Below, one piece after another: positions 1 through 16,236 of a DNA stretch of 64,000 bases. The DNA comes from Eledone cirrhosa (lineage: Eukaryota). The stretch lies in NCBI GenBank assembly GCA_964016885.1, contig OZ024747.1, positions 80,600,001 through 80,664,000 of the forward strand, in the 5' to 3' direction. The position numbers and the translations under genes were made by a program. Within the stretch, counting starts at the first letter, position 1; each line of letters starts with the position of its first letter. The notes beneath the pieces were generated by a model. That model searched no databases. It saw only the letters and a program-made list of their open reading frames with translations, and was not told the origin of the DNA.

Positions 1-599
1 GCCTGTATAGTTATACATATGTCTAGCCACACACCACTTACATACTAGCACACATAAATGCACACACATAAAAAAAACACATAAACACACACATGTATGC
101 ATGTTTGAATGTACACGGATACACACTGATACAAGAGCTCAAGAGGGTGCAACAAAAACATAGATACAGCTACATTTGTATACAGCATCGAACACACTGG
201 AAAAGAACATTGTGGAGTTAGATGCATTTGTAGTCAACATCAAAATTCAATTAGAGAATTAAAACTCTAGACTCCAAAATGGACGAAAACATCACACGTG
301 ACTGGTTTTTAAAATGTTTTCTTATTTATACTACTTTGCATTTTAATTTAGAAAGGTATCTCTCAGAAAAGAATTAGATCTAAAGATTCAAGACACACAC
401 ACACACACACACACAAACACGCACATACACACACACACTCACACACACACACACACACACTCACACACACACAGCCTAACCCTGTATATAGATGTTTACA
501 TATTTATAAATATATGTGTATATATACATGTGCACCACATATATATGTGTTACATTTATATATTAACATATATATATGTATATATGTTATATATATATG

Positions 600-671
<72 letters not shown>

Positions 672-730
672 CTTACATATGTTTATATATATGTGTATAT
701 AAATCGACACCATCGTTTAACGTGCATACG

Positions 731-805
<75 letters not shown>

Positions 806-1311
806 AAATATAGCTATATATAAAATATAATAAATAAATGTTACCTGGATAGATTCGTTATGGAGCTCTAACGATTAAACCTACCCCAGCCTGCGACCAT
901 ATATGGAAAAGACACATGGACTCATCTACAATATCGCAATGTTTGAGGAATAACAGACATATCTTGAAAAACAGAGTTTCTCTTCATTGCGAACCCATAG
1001 ACTATTCTCTACCTCTGCAAATTCTTTGAGGACAGAATGTCCAGCTGAGCAAATAGAAATGTTGACCCACACTAGGAGCCTATATGATTGTCATCACATC
1101 TCTCCATAGCTAGACATATTGGTAACAATTATTACTATCACACATTATGAGTGAACGAACCTTTAGTGCGGACATATTTTTGTCTACATACTGGTCGCCT
1201 TTATACACACTTGTTGTTTGTTTGTGTATATTTTCGCTGTTTCTTTACCTAAGGTTGCTATCATAGCGTTAACATCTGCATCTATACATCATCAGTGTTA
1301 TCATTATTATA

Positions 1312-1477
1312 GAGAGTCGGACGCTATGCTTTGGTGCATAGAGTTACGGCCCTTGCCATTCTGAGTACAAATCTCGCCGACGTTAACTTTGCCTTTCATC
1401 CTTACGGGGTCGATGAAATAAAGTACCAGTAATGCACTGGGTATTTGCTGGCCTTGTGCCAAACGTAGAAACAATTA
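1312..1477 (+). mobile_element. tRNA-derived SINE (family S1), 5'-truncated
   Basis: B-box-like GAGTACAAATC, central GCCTTTCATCCTTACGGGGTCGATGAAATAAAGTACC and 3' GGCCTTGTGCC..AGAAACAATTATT; matches about 13 other copies in the window. Confidence 0.85.
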
Positions 1478-1773
1478 TTATTGTTATTGTTGTTGTTGGT
1501 GTTGATGTTGGTTTTGATATTGATGTTGTGGTTGTGGTTGTGGTTCTTATTCAGTGTGAACGATTAAACCCATTCAAGCAGATACATGTTCCTCTGCATC
1601 ATATACTCCACTTTCTACTCAATTTGCCTAATGATGGTTATCAAACATTCCCACAATTATATCTATGCATCAAAATCCCTATTAATCAGTATGAATGACC
1701 GAATCGTTTGATGCGAACATATGCTTGTGTACGTCTGTGTGTACTGGAATATCGAGTCTATGTGTATGTCAGC

Positions 1774-1804
<31 letters not shown>

Positions 1805-1880
1805 AATAAAAATAAATATATATATATAAATATATAAATATATAAATATATATTATTGTGCTACAATAAAACTCACCTCC

Positions 1881-2061
<181 letters not shown>

Positions 2062-2412
2062 TTTAAATGTGGCATAACCTGGTTGATATTCAAACCTCTG
2101 CTATTACTATTACAGAATGATTAGTATTACAATCCTGCTATTACTAATATTTTAAAGAGTATATAATTATTACTGACATGAAGGGTATAACTAATACAGC
2201 CCTACAATTACATATGATGTATCTGGAGCTACTATCAATAGCAGTGATTCTTTGAATGTAATTATAGCTAATGTTGGTGATTAGTAACTAAATATTTCTG
2301 AAACTCCTCCCATCACTATTATTAACACGGTTATTAAAACGTTTAACGTATTATTACTACTTCAAATTCTATTATCTATGAGAAAACGTATTTTGGTACA
2401 TTATTTGGTAAA

Positions 2413-2604
2413 AGGGCGGTGGATTGGCAGTATCGGTAGAGGGTCGGTCGCCATTCTTTCCAGCATAGTTACGTCCCTTTACGATCTGAGTTCAAATCCC
2501 GCCGAGGTTGACTTTGCCTTTCATCCTTACGGGGTCGATAAAATAAAGTACCAGTAATGCACTGGGTAATTGCTGGCCTTGTGCCTAAAGTAGAAACAAT
2601 TATT
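2413..2604 (+). mobile_element. tRNA-derived SINE S1, full length
   Basis: Head GGGCGGTGGATTGGCAGTATCGGTAGAG, B-box GAGTTCAAATCCC, conserved core, AATTATT tail. Confidence 0.9.
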
Positions 2605-3104
2605 TGGTAATTGTTAGGCCTTAAAGCACTATTTAACTTGCAACTGTGAATACAATCAACATTTAACCCAGAAATGTATCCGGTAGTTACCCAGAGGTGA
2701 AACTCCTCAATCTATCCTGACAACTGACACATCTAATTATATTATCGAATTTACTGACGAATGCTGTCAATAGGTCTCGCTCTACTTTATATATCAAATA
2801 TAAGAAAATATAATGAGGTTAAATTTAGATAAATTTATCTCTGTTTTGGCTAATAAAACCTAACAATAACGAATTCATCTAAAATTATAAAAAAATAAAT
2901 TAACATTAAACTAAGTATTTTGTGGGGAATATCTTCCTTGTGGTATATTCTAAGTCGTGAGTTCACAGGACAATCTGATATGGACTCTGAACTGTAAGCA
3001 ATGTGACTAACAATCAATACATCTTACTAATTTGGTTCCAGGCAGGCTTATAGCAGAAAAACGTAAAACATCTTTTATTGGTTATATTCAAAATATTGCA
3101 TGGT

Positions 3105-3256
3105 TCTCTCGAGATTGATACTTTATTTTGTTGATCCTTAAAAGATTAAAGGCAAATTCATCTCTGGCGTGATGTGAAATCAGAACACAGAGAAATGATA
3201 AAATACCACAAAACTATTTATCCTACGTTCTAATCACCCATGCAATTGGTCGCCTA
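3105..3256 (-). mobile_element. decayed SINE S1 copy
   Basis: TACTTTATTTTGTTGATCC..AAAGGCAAA..GAAATCAGAAC resembles the reverse complement of the S1 core. Confidence 0.55.
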
Positions 3257-3699
3257 ACCGTTGCCATATTGGACGTAGTTTGTAAAAACATGAAGAGAGA
3301 AATTATTTTGTTTGAAAATATGTATTCATTTATTCAGTATCTGAAGTCCATAAAACATTTGCTTTAGCGCCATTAAAGGGAAACGAAGAAAAAAATATTA
3401 ATATAATAGCAGATTTGTTTATTCACTCTTAAGTTTGGTAGTTTTCTTCGTTGTCTGTCACCTCTTCCAACTGACCCGCCCTCTACTGACAATGAAATCT
3501 ATCTTCATGTCATTTCAACTTCCGCTCATATTTCTCATTGAGAAACGTATATTTATTTGAAGTCGTTTACGTATGTCTTTCTCAGTGATTTAATCTTCAT
3601 TGAGAAATGGCATCATTTGAAAAATATCATTGTCGGAATTGTATTTCATTGCCCAAGTGAATTCTGTCAGCAGGAGAAAGAGAAAATGAGAGAGAGAGA

Positions 3700-3734
<35 letters not shown>

Positions 3735-3735
3735 T

Positions 3736-3776
<41 letters not shown>

Positions 3777-4009
3777 CAATTGAAATAAACTGACTGTGAG
3801 GGAAAACAACATAATATAACAACAAGCAAATACATTATGATGGATTCCATCCAATTCTAACTGCGGTCTGCATGTTTTTCTTTTTCTTTTCATTTTTTTT
3901 CTGATGGTGAGTACACTGCAGAAGTGATATAAATATTTGTAGCTATATAAAGAGATAGGCATTGAATATTTTTCAGCTGTCTATTGTTGTCTGAATTAAG
4001 AAGCACGAC

Positions 4010-4160
4010 GATGATGATGATGATGATGATGTTCATTGTGAAGATCATAAAAATATTTCCTAAAAATTATAATAGGAAGAAAATGTTGCTCTTACTGACG
4101 CTGCTGATGACAGCAATATTTAATGATGTTGATGATAATAATGATGATGATGATGATGAA

Positions 4161-4202
<42 letters not shown>

Positions 4203-4314
4203 TGTGATGATTATGATGATGATGGTGATGATGATGGTGATGATGATGATGATGAATATGATGATAATGATGATGATGATGATGATTATGATGATGATGA
4301 TGAAGATGATGATT

Positions 4315-4353
<39 letters not shown>

Positions 4354-4361
4354 GTGATGAA

Positions 4362-4392
<31 letters not shown>

Positions 4393-4700
4393 ATGATGAT
4401 GATGATGATGATAATAATATGAATAATAGTAGTTAATAACAATAATAATTATTATTATAATTATTAATGCTACTATTATTATTATTATGATGGTGATGTT
4501 GATGATGATGATGATGAAAATAATGTAAATAATAATAATTAATAACAATAATAATAATTATTATAATTATTAATGCTACTATTATTATGATGGTGATGGT
4601 GATGATGGCGATGATGATGATGGTGATGATGGCGATGATGATGATGGTGATGGCGATGATGATGATGGTGATGTTAGTGATGACGATAAAAATAATAATA
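4010..4700. repeat. imperfect (GAT)n/(AAT)n/(GGT)n trinucleotide tract with an internal duplication (4430-4495 vs 4535-4600)
   Basis: direct reading. Confidence 0.97.
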
Positions 4701-5551
4701 ATGTTAACCACAATATTAATGTCTCTCAAAACGGAAAGTGTTTAATCAATGCTGAATAATACAGAATAATTCCCGGTCACTTGATATATGTATAGATCAA
4801 GTACATTGTTGAATGCTAGATCTTTTTACTTTTAACAATACCTATTGTTATGTATATTGATAGGTCCAATTAAATAGTTTTCTTTACTATATTGTCAATA
4901 ACAACAGAATATTATCTTGTTGTTGATTGTGTATAAATCCGTGTTTGTTTGGGTTCCATTCTAAGTATCTCTTAGCAGTATAGATTTAACTCTTGAAGTG
5001 CATTGTTGAATGTCTGAGTGTCATTGTGTAGTATAAATTGTCTTATTTCGAATTTATCTATTCGTATTATCTACTCTTTAAGAAATAGACAGGCTAATTT
5101 TAAATTCTATGAACAAAAAAATTAATAAAAAAATCACAGAAAAATGCTTTAGTGCGTTTCATAAGTCTGCAATAAATTTAAAAGAACTTTCAATATAATT
5201 CAATTCCACTATATAAAATATGATAATATATGACAACCAGTCTATTACTAAACAGGCACCATTGAATATGCTATATATCTATTTCCCAGACATTGTCGTG
5301 TTTTTTTCCTATTTCTCTTATTGTTAACTATTACGACTGAATAATTGTCCCATCGGAAAAATCTATGAGAATCTGGTTTTTCATATGCTAATTCCTGTGT
5401 GAGTTTAGATAATCGGATATATTTGTGTTTATGATTACTTTCAGTGGGGTCCACTTAATTTAATGTTCTTTCTATTAGCTTTAAAGACATATTACCCCCT
5501 GTCTCTCTCTTTCTCTCCATCTCAACCTCTTTCTCTCTCTCTCTCTCTCTG

Positions 5552-5587
<36 letters not shown>

Positions 5588-5649
5588 GAGGTATTTTTAA
5601 ATGAAAAAAACCGAGATGTCCTACACGAGTGAAAGTATAATGGGGTTTT

Positions 5650-5791
5650 TCTAAACCCTCCATCTCAATGCTACTTTTGAAAAGCATAAGAACTGTCAAA
5701 CCGGAAACAAAGGAAACAAAGGAAACAAATAAATATTCTTAAAAAGATTCCAGTTGCATTTGGATTTTAGTTTTCAAATTTTTATTATTAC

Positions 5792-5792
<1 letters not shown>
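5650..5792 (+). mobile_element. (TA)n-embedded non-autonomous repeat, family A fragment
   Basis: AAACCCTCCATCT..TACTTTTGAAAAGCA..AACCG..TCCAGTTGCATTTT shared with 49050-49175 and 49705-49795, and more distantly with 7402-7600 and 56017-56410. Confidence 0.7.
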
Positions 5793-5870
<78 letters not shown>

Positions 5871-6685
5871 ATGAGAAGAATGAATACTGCGTGGTTGCAC
5901 ATGGGTTACATATGATAAAAATAGCCTTTCATCAGTGATTAACCAACCTTCATTGGTATTTCATCGCTTTCAGTGTATATAATACATGTGAAGGCGCATG
6001 GGTTAGTTAGTTGTTAGAGCATTGGGCTTGCAATCGTAACGTTTGTGACTTAAAGGACAATTTGACTGCAGGTCAGACTGCCATATAAAGGCTCTCTCGT
6101 GGTGCCCGGCAAAAAGCGTATAAGACAAGATACTGAAGTGTTAAAAGATTAGATGTAACTTGGTTCTTTTCTTTGAGACTAAATCCTTTCATACAAACGT
6201 GAGCAGTCATAATAATCATCAAAATACCACTATCTTACATCCTTCTTCACCCTCCCCTTTCTCTACTGCCTCTCAGCATGATTTTATTTCCGTCATTTCG
6301 GAGAATTACAAAAATTTATTTGTAATTTAGATATAAAAAAACGTTGTTAAACTACATTAACGATAGCATACACTGCCCACCTTCGCATAATGTACACTCC
6401 ATCACAGCACATTATCGTCATCTCCAATCATGCCTACACTCAATATCCACCTACACAACTACCAACAACACGTCCACCAGCAACACCTCACCACTACCAC
6501 CATCAGTACAACCACTACGACGACCACCTCAAATAACAAGTGTCATCATAACAAATATCTGCGGCAACAGTTCACTTTTATTTTATAAAACAGAATCACT
6601 TCACTAAATCTTTGAAGTTGTGTTTATAAAAGAAACCATAATTATTTGGAATATGCATGCTCTTTCCTCCTCTCCCTCTTTCTCT

Positions 6686-6741
<56 letters not shown>

Positions 6742-6857
6742 GCATCGTATTGTCTCTTTCTGTATATATATATATATCTTCATTGGACTTATACCATTAA
6801 GTTCACATGAAGATATGTCACTATCTTAACACCAAATATTATATTTTATCTGACGAA

Positions 6858-7051
6858 GGGCGGTGGATTGGCAGAAACGGTAGAGCATTGGCATAGGGTT
6901 ACATCCCTTTACGTTCTGAGTTCAAATCCCGCCGAGGTTAACTTTGCCTTTCATCCTTACGGGGTCGATAAAATAAAGTACCAGTAATGCACTGGAGTCG
7001 ATTTAACCGACTTTCCCTCAAATTGTTGGCCTTGTGCCTAAATCAGAAATC
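6858..7051 (+). mobile_element. tRNA-derived SINE S1, full length, with 20-bp target-site duplication
   Basis: TSD ATTATATTTTATCTGACGAA at 6838-6857 and 7052-7071; intact A/B-box-like head. Confidence 0.95.
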
Positions 7052-7126
7052 ATTATATTTTATCTGACGAAATCGTACTTAAATATTAGTACCCTTGAAA
7101 TATGTATAATAAAATAAATATGCCTT

Positions 7127-7147
<21 letters not shown>

Positions 7148-7170
<23 letters not shown>

Positions 7171-7593
7171 AAAGAATAGAGGTGTAACACACAAGTTATT
7201 ATATATTGGTAAACGGAATAGAAAATGCTGACAAATTGTTCACAGTTGAAAAATGGTTTAATTAGGAATAAAAGAGTATTAGTGATTGTATGGGTTAGTA
7301 TTCAGTTGTGGTTTTAAGTTTTTAAGTTTTTACCGGTTGCGCATTTCTAAATGCTTTTCAAAAATAATTTTGAGATAGAGTGTCCGTGTTGTTTGCTCTG
7401 ATCAGAGCAAACAACACGGACACTCTATCTCAAAATTATTTTTGAAAAGCATTTAGAAATGCGCAACCGGTAAAAACTTAAAAACTTAAAACCACAACTG
7501 AATACTAACCCATACAATCACTAATACTCTTTTATTCCTAATTAAACCATTTTTCAACTGTGAACAATTTGTCAGCATTTTCTATTCCGTTTA

Positions 7594-7602
<9 letters not shown>
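7148..7602. mobile_element. fold-back element (family A): perfect palindrome of about 400 bp with no spacer, plus a 50-bp one-sided extension, inside (TA)n
   Basis: 7201-7401 is the reverse complement of 7402-7602, centre GCTCTGA|TCAGAGC; a non-palindromic longer relative lies at 56017-56410. Confidence 0.9.
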
Positions 7603-7642
<40 letters not shown>

Positions 7643-8444
7643 AATTGATATCCAGGTTTCGTACTAGTTATTTACAATTTACTTTAAAAAGTTCATTTGG
7701 ATTACACGCAGAAGATTGTTTGTAAGACAACATTTCCAGCCAGAAGCCTAAATTATGAAAACAGTGTAATTATTGTATGGACAGATTAGCATATATAAAC
7801 GTTGAAGTACTCACAATTTCATCTATTGTAACAGTCAGAACTCTACTAGTTTAGCCGGAGTACAAAAATAAACATCTAAGATGGCTTACTACTATTAAGA
7901 TGCAGTAATAGATTAAGACCAGGATGAAAAGGAGGCACAAAGGAGAAGAGATAATAATTGAGGAGGTGACTGAATGTGTGACGAAAAAACGTTGAAACAC
8001 TTACGAATAACTAGTAATAAAGATACAATGAAAAAGAGAAAAGAATATGGTGTGTGTCAGTACATGTTTGCGTACGTATCCCTCTGAATCAATCACACAT
8101 TTCTATTTTTCCCCTCTATTCATACATCTCCCCTTGTAGTTCTATCTCTCAATATCTTTCTCCATATTCTTCTACTGTAAATATATATTTTTCATTTACT
8201 GAAAGCCCATCTATTACCCGCTCATTCTTTCCTTCTCTTTCCCACACTACTGAAATACCCCTTATTAACACATGTCATTTCTCCTATTTGTTTTTACTGA
8301 TTTTCCATGCATTTTTCTTCTAACTCTTCAATTGCATTTATTCAATATCCTTTTAATTTTCTGTATTCCCTTCCTTATATACTTGTAAATATATCCACAA
8401 ACATTATGTCGCACACGCACTCACAAACCATACATTATAATAAT

Positions 8445-8561
8445 AATAATTGTTTCTACATTTGGCACAAGGCCTTAATTTACCAGTGCATTACTGGTAC
8501 TTTATTTTATCGACCCCGTAAGGATGAAAGGCAAAGTGAACCTCGTCGGGATTTGAACTCA
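8445..8561 (-). mobile_element. SINE S1, 5'-truncated at the B-box
   Basis: reverse complement of the S1 core and tail. Confidence 0.9.
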
Positions 8562-8595
8562 ATAATTATTATAATATATATTTATGTATATATAT

Positions 8596-8668
<73 letters not shown>

Positions 8669-8736
8669 TATATATATATATATAAATATGTGTATATATA
8701 TATATATGTGTATATATATATATATATATATGTGTA

Positions 8737-8787
<51 letters not shown>

Positions 8788-9175
8788 GTGCGTGTATATA
8801 TATATATATGTGTATATACATGTGTATGTACATTTATGTATATAGATGTATATTTATATGTATGTATATCAATGTATATAGGAGCGTTTCCTTGCAAGTT
8901 TTGTGAAACACAGAAAATATTCGGTAGTAATTTTGATTAATGTGGAGAAAGAGCCGCAAGTTGTGTTCGATCAGGACTGACCTTTGATTAACTACACCAA
9001 TAACATATCGATACAAATACCGTGTCATTCTACATTCTATGGAGTCGTAATCGATATATTCCGCACGCCAATATGTGTTCATATTCATACGTATTTTGTT
9101 AAAATATATTTACTTCTTTGTACTAGAATAGTACGTTTCCGGTGACACAACTACAAGTGTCTCGTCTGAGTCTAG

Positions 9176-9380
9176 GCATCCAGAGTTGACATTGCACTCA
9201 GTGCTCCTGTGGGAGCCCCTACATGGTCACACTGGAAGAGGAAGACCAATGTTAACGTATGTTGATGCCCTAAGGACAGACAGTGGTCTGTTGGAGACGC
9301 AGGACATGGCAGCCATAATGAGGGACAGAGACCGCTGGAGAGAACTCGTCCATGGATCTCGGGAATTTTACCCGCTCTAG
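9176..9380 (+). mobile_element. 3' end fragment of RTE-clade LINE
   Basis: RHPEL..VLLWEP.HG...RGRP..TYVD.L..D.G......A.MRDRDRWR is a typical RTE ORF C-terminus; second copy at 26197-26316. Confidence 0.8.
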
Positions 9381-9429
9381 AAAAAAAATATATATATATA
9401 TATTTATATATATATATATATATATATAT

Positions 9430-9608
9430 GAATAAAGTTAGTCCTTCTTCAGTGATCTTCCAACCATCATTGGTATTTCATCGCTTTAAAGAGTCAGGAC
9501 CCTGACGGCTGGGGCCCTGACTCTTTTCCTGTTATCCATTCTACTACCCTAAGTATCGAGTACTCTGGTGAGTTATGGTCCATCTAATATCTTACCACAC
9601 CTTCTTTG

Positions 9609-9610
<2 letters not shown>
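9430..9610. mobile_element. (TA)n-embedded repeat, family B (composite)
   Basis: CTACTACCCTAAGTATCGAGTACTCTGGTG..CTTACCACAC shared with 11871-12030, 15558-15710(rc) and 28273-28452(rc); 5' part shared with 5925-5972. Confidence 0.8.
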
Positions 9611-9681
<71 letters not shown>

Positions 9682-10113
9682 TATGTATTAATCTGTCTAC
9701 AGTTGACAAATTTATTCATCTTGTATTAAGTATATTTAAATATTAACACCTTGTAAATCTGATTATGAAGGTTTTGACCAATGCTTGTACAGCCAATACT
9801 AGCTTAACCGGAGAAACTCTGGTTTTAACACCAAACAAAAGGAATATTTACAAGATGAGATTCAAAGCTATAAATCTAATAGGCTATAAATCTTTCTGCT
9901 CTTCTTCGCATGGAAGCGTTATTTAATAACAGTGAGACGTGTGTCAAACGAATAATTTTATTTATAGACCGACTCTACACATGTTACGATTCTGATTCAA
10001 TCCCAATTGTACAGTTGCATGTTTACTTGTTAGTACGTCCTTCTACATATTCTTTTGTAGCTGAAATTCCCAACTTGTGCCCTCATTGGATTGTACATTA
10101 CATTATTTAATCA

Positions 10114-10305
10114 GACGGTGGATTGTCAGTATCGGTAGAGGGTCGGACACCATGCTTTGATGCATAGAGTTACGGCCCTTGCCATTATTAGTTCAAAACC
10201 CACCGAGGTTAACTTTGTCTTTCATCCTTACGGAGTCGATAAAATAAAGTACCAGTAATACACTGGGATAATTATTAGCCTTGTGCCAAAAGTTGAAAGA
10301 ATTAT
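10114..10305 (+). mobile_element. SINE S1 with probable TSD (ATTATTT[A/T]ATCAGAC)
   Basis: S1 head, core and tail. Confidence 0.88.
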
Positions 10306-10434
10306 TTTATCAGACCCCAAAGAATGGAACGAGAAACCAGCTACCAAATTGTAAAGTGACATGGCTAAATATCCTCAAACCTCTACGAACTTACATCAGT
10401 TGTCTGCTACTTACTCTGAATCAAATTGAGTTAA

Positions 10435-10652
10435 TCATTGTTTCAATCATAGGCACAAGGCAAAAATTTAGGAAAGTGAACAGTGAATTAAATGACCCTG
10501 CTACTTTACTGGTACTATATTTTATCGACTGCAGAAGGCTGAAAGGCAAATCTGACCTTGCGACATTTGAACTCAGAATGTAAAATAACCATAGCTAAAT
10601 ACTACAAAGCATTCTGCCCAACGAACTTACAATTCTGAAACTCCACCGCCCT
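10435..10652 (-). mobile_element. older SINE S1-related copy
   Basis: AGGCACAAGGC...ACTGGTACT..TTTATCGAC..GAAAGGCAAA..TTTGAACTCAGAA...CCACCGCCC. Confidence 0.8.
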
Positions 10653-11371
10653 AAAATATAGTAAAGTATTCTCAGCATTGTCGCAATTATTTCATCGGCT
10701 ACTTTAATAACTATTTTCGAAAGGATAAAAATAAAAAGGAAAGTATTCCACTGTTTAATTTGCATATATGCAAATATGCATTGTGTTTCCTGGTGTGCAA
10801 TGTACTTTTATCACTGTTGAAAAAATATAAAGTTACATTTATCTAAAAGTTTTGATCGCCAAGATAAAAAATTCTCAGACTTGAAAATCAAAATCTGAGC
10901 AAAAAAAATTAGCGAATTATATTATGAGTTATATAGAGAAAGTTGGCGTGGTCAGACGAAAGCAGGTAAAATAAATTAGTAACTGAATGTTATATGCTTA
11001 ATATTTTGTATTTGTATTGGAAAATTCATCTACGTTCTGTGTATATGTGTGATTGTGTAAGTGGGCGTGTTTTTGTATGTGTGTATGTGTATGATTGTGT
11101 AAGTGAATGCGTGGCAGTATATATGTATAGCTATGGTTATTCGTGGACTATAATGGTCTAACAATAATACAGGAAAGGAGAATAGAGAAGATGGGGAAGG
11201 AGATGAAAGAAGAAACCTAATGAGAACACGAATAATGACAAATAAGGTATTAGCAGTAGAAGCGAAAAAGGCAAACTAAAAATATAAAAGAACAGAGAGA
11301 GGGATAGAGAGGGGATATAGACAGAGGAGGCGCGAAAGAGAGAGAGAAAGAGAGATAGACAGAGGAGGCGC

Positions 11372-11440
<69 letters not shown>

Positions 11441-11799
11441 AAGAGTAAGAGTGGGAAGGAGTTTGGAGAGATAACAATAGTGAAGGACTACAAGAAATCA
11501 GTATGGAAATTATATAAGTCGTAAGGAGATCACAGATGAAGAAGAAAGAAATTGGTTAAGAGCTAATTCAATTCTAAAATGGAAATTATAACGTACGGAA
11601 ACTACACATCTTTTCCATTGATTGTAAATCCTTAATTGGGAAGAGTTAGTGCTTAAAATTCAAAACGGTATAGTTTAGTGGAGGAGTTAAATATTGTTGT
11701 CTTGAGGCATCTTATAGAAATTCTGAATGGTTAGAATGTATGTATGAATGTATGAATGTATGTATGTATATGTATGTATATGTATATGTATGTATATGT

Positions 11800-11870
<71 letters not shown>

Positions 11871-12030
11871 CAGGACCCCGACGGCAGAGCTGGAGCCGTT
11901 TTGACGGCTTTTTCTGGACTAAATTAATATTTTAGAAATAGCCTTTTCCTATTACCCACTCTACTACCCAAAGTATCGAGTACTCTGGTGTGTTAATGTC
12001 CACCTGGTTACTTACCACACTTCCCTCGTT
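11871..12030. mobile_element. (TA)n-embedded repeat, family B
   Basis: homologous to 9495-9610 and 28273-28452; carries a decayed 3' half-HHR on the minus strand (AAAACGGC..GCCGTC). Confidence 0.8.
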
Positions 12031-12057
12031 ATATATATATATATATACGTATATGTA

Positions 12058-12133
<76 letters not shown>

Positions 12134-12189
12134 GGTAGCTATACGTATGCAGATAAATACACGCACACAATACGTTATAGAGTTATCTG

Positions 12190-12500
12190 GGGCCACATAA
12201 TTTGTCTATAACATTTGAAAGAGTGGTAGTGCATAGCAGGCGAGGAGTGTAGGTAATGGTGAGCTGCACAAGAGGGGTTAAGAGAACCACAATGTAGCCC
12301 TGCATTCTTCTCTCCCCATTTGAATCATCTTCCTCAATTCTTGTGATAAGTACCGTTAACGCGGTGATAGCAAATCCATACCTTCTTGCCATAAATGTGG
12401 ACCTCTTAATTGCCTGCATAAGGAAAGATTTAATATCGTATCCTTATTCAGTAGAACCAAGCCACACACTGAATAATGGCGTCAATGATATCTCTAGAAA
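12190..12500 (-). mobile_element. possible heavily decayed non-LTR RT fragment
   Basis: minus-strand translation has a loose VWL.....Y......RYG.....QG....PL spacing; weak. Confidence 0.3.
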
Positions 12501-12541
12501 CAAACTAATATATATTATCAAAGATAACTGTTTCCATCGAC

Positions 12542-12741
12542 NNNNNNNNNNNNNNNNNNNNNNNNNNNNNNNNNNNNNNNNNNNNNNNNNNNNNNNNNNN
12601 NNNNNNNNNNNNNNNNNNNNNNNNNNNNNNNNNNNNNNNNNNNNNNNNNNNNNNNNNNNNNNNNNNNNNNNNNNNNNNNNNNNNNNNNNNNNNNNNNNNN
12701 NNNNNNNNNNNNNNNNNNNNNNNNNNNNNNNNNNNNNNNNN
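12542..12741. other. assembly gap (200 N)
   Basis: direct reading. Confidence 1.
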
Positions 12742-12752
12742 ATATAAAGAAA

Positions 12753-15744
<2,992 letters not shown>

Positions 15745-15771
15745 GTATGTGTATGTATATGTATATGTGTT

Positions 15772-15865
<94 letters not shown>

Positions 15866-15879
15866 ATGTATATACATAT

Positions 15880-16135
15880 TTCCACGAACCAAAGTATCGT
15901 CTTCCTGTCTTCCTCCGGTTGCAAGGTTTTTTACAATATTTACTTCTGCGTTCATAGATTGTTTTTTTAGTTTCAGAAGATCCCGTTAAGGGTGAAAGCA
16001 GCGATTCTTTGCTTAAACTTTAATCTGTTATTTTAATAAATATTTGCTCTACCGTTCTTATATATTTCATATATTTTTATCCTTATTGAGCCCTCTTTGG
16101 ATTTTAGTCTTCAAATTTATTATTATTACTATTAT
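15880..16135 (+). mobile_element. (TA)n-embedded HHR element, family D
   Basis: pieces recur at 24768-24890 (head-to-head fusion of two fragments) and 39576-39670 (rc). Confidence 0.8.
15969..16019 (+). ncRNA. type I hammerhead ribozyme with U4>A core change
   Basis: AGTTT-CAGAAGA-tCCC gttaa GGGt-GAAA-GCA gcgattctt TGC-TT-AAACT; stems I, II and III all pair. Confidence 0.75.
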
Positions 16136-16158
16136 TATATATATACATATGCATGTGC

Positions 16159-16229
<71 letters not shown>

Positions 16230-16236
<7 letters not shown>

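Noticed and set aside
2413-2500. tRNA gene
   Set aside because: The A/B-box-like head runs into a repeated SINE body and no cloverleaf forms.
3984-4729. Poly-D, poly-M, poly-H and poly-I ORFs
   Set aside because: A (GAT)n tract open in several frames; no complex coding sequence.
7201-7602. Treating the fold-backs as DNA-transposon MITEs
   Set aside because: Fold points vary within families, arms are asymmetric, non-palindromic copies exist and many carry HHRs, unlike the true MITEs at 37178, 38223 and 46133.
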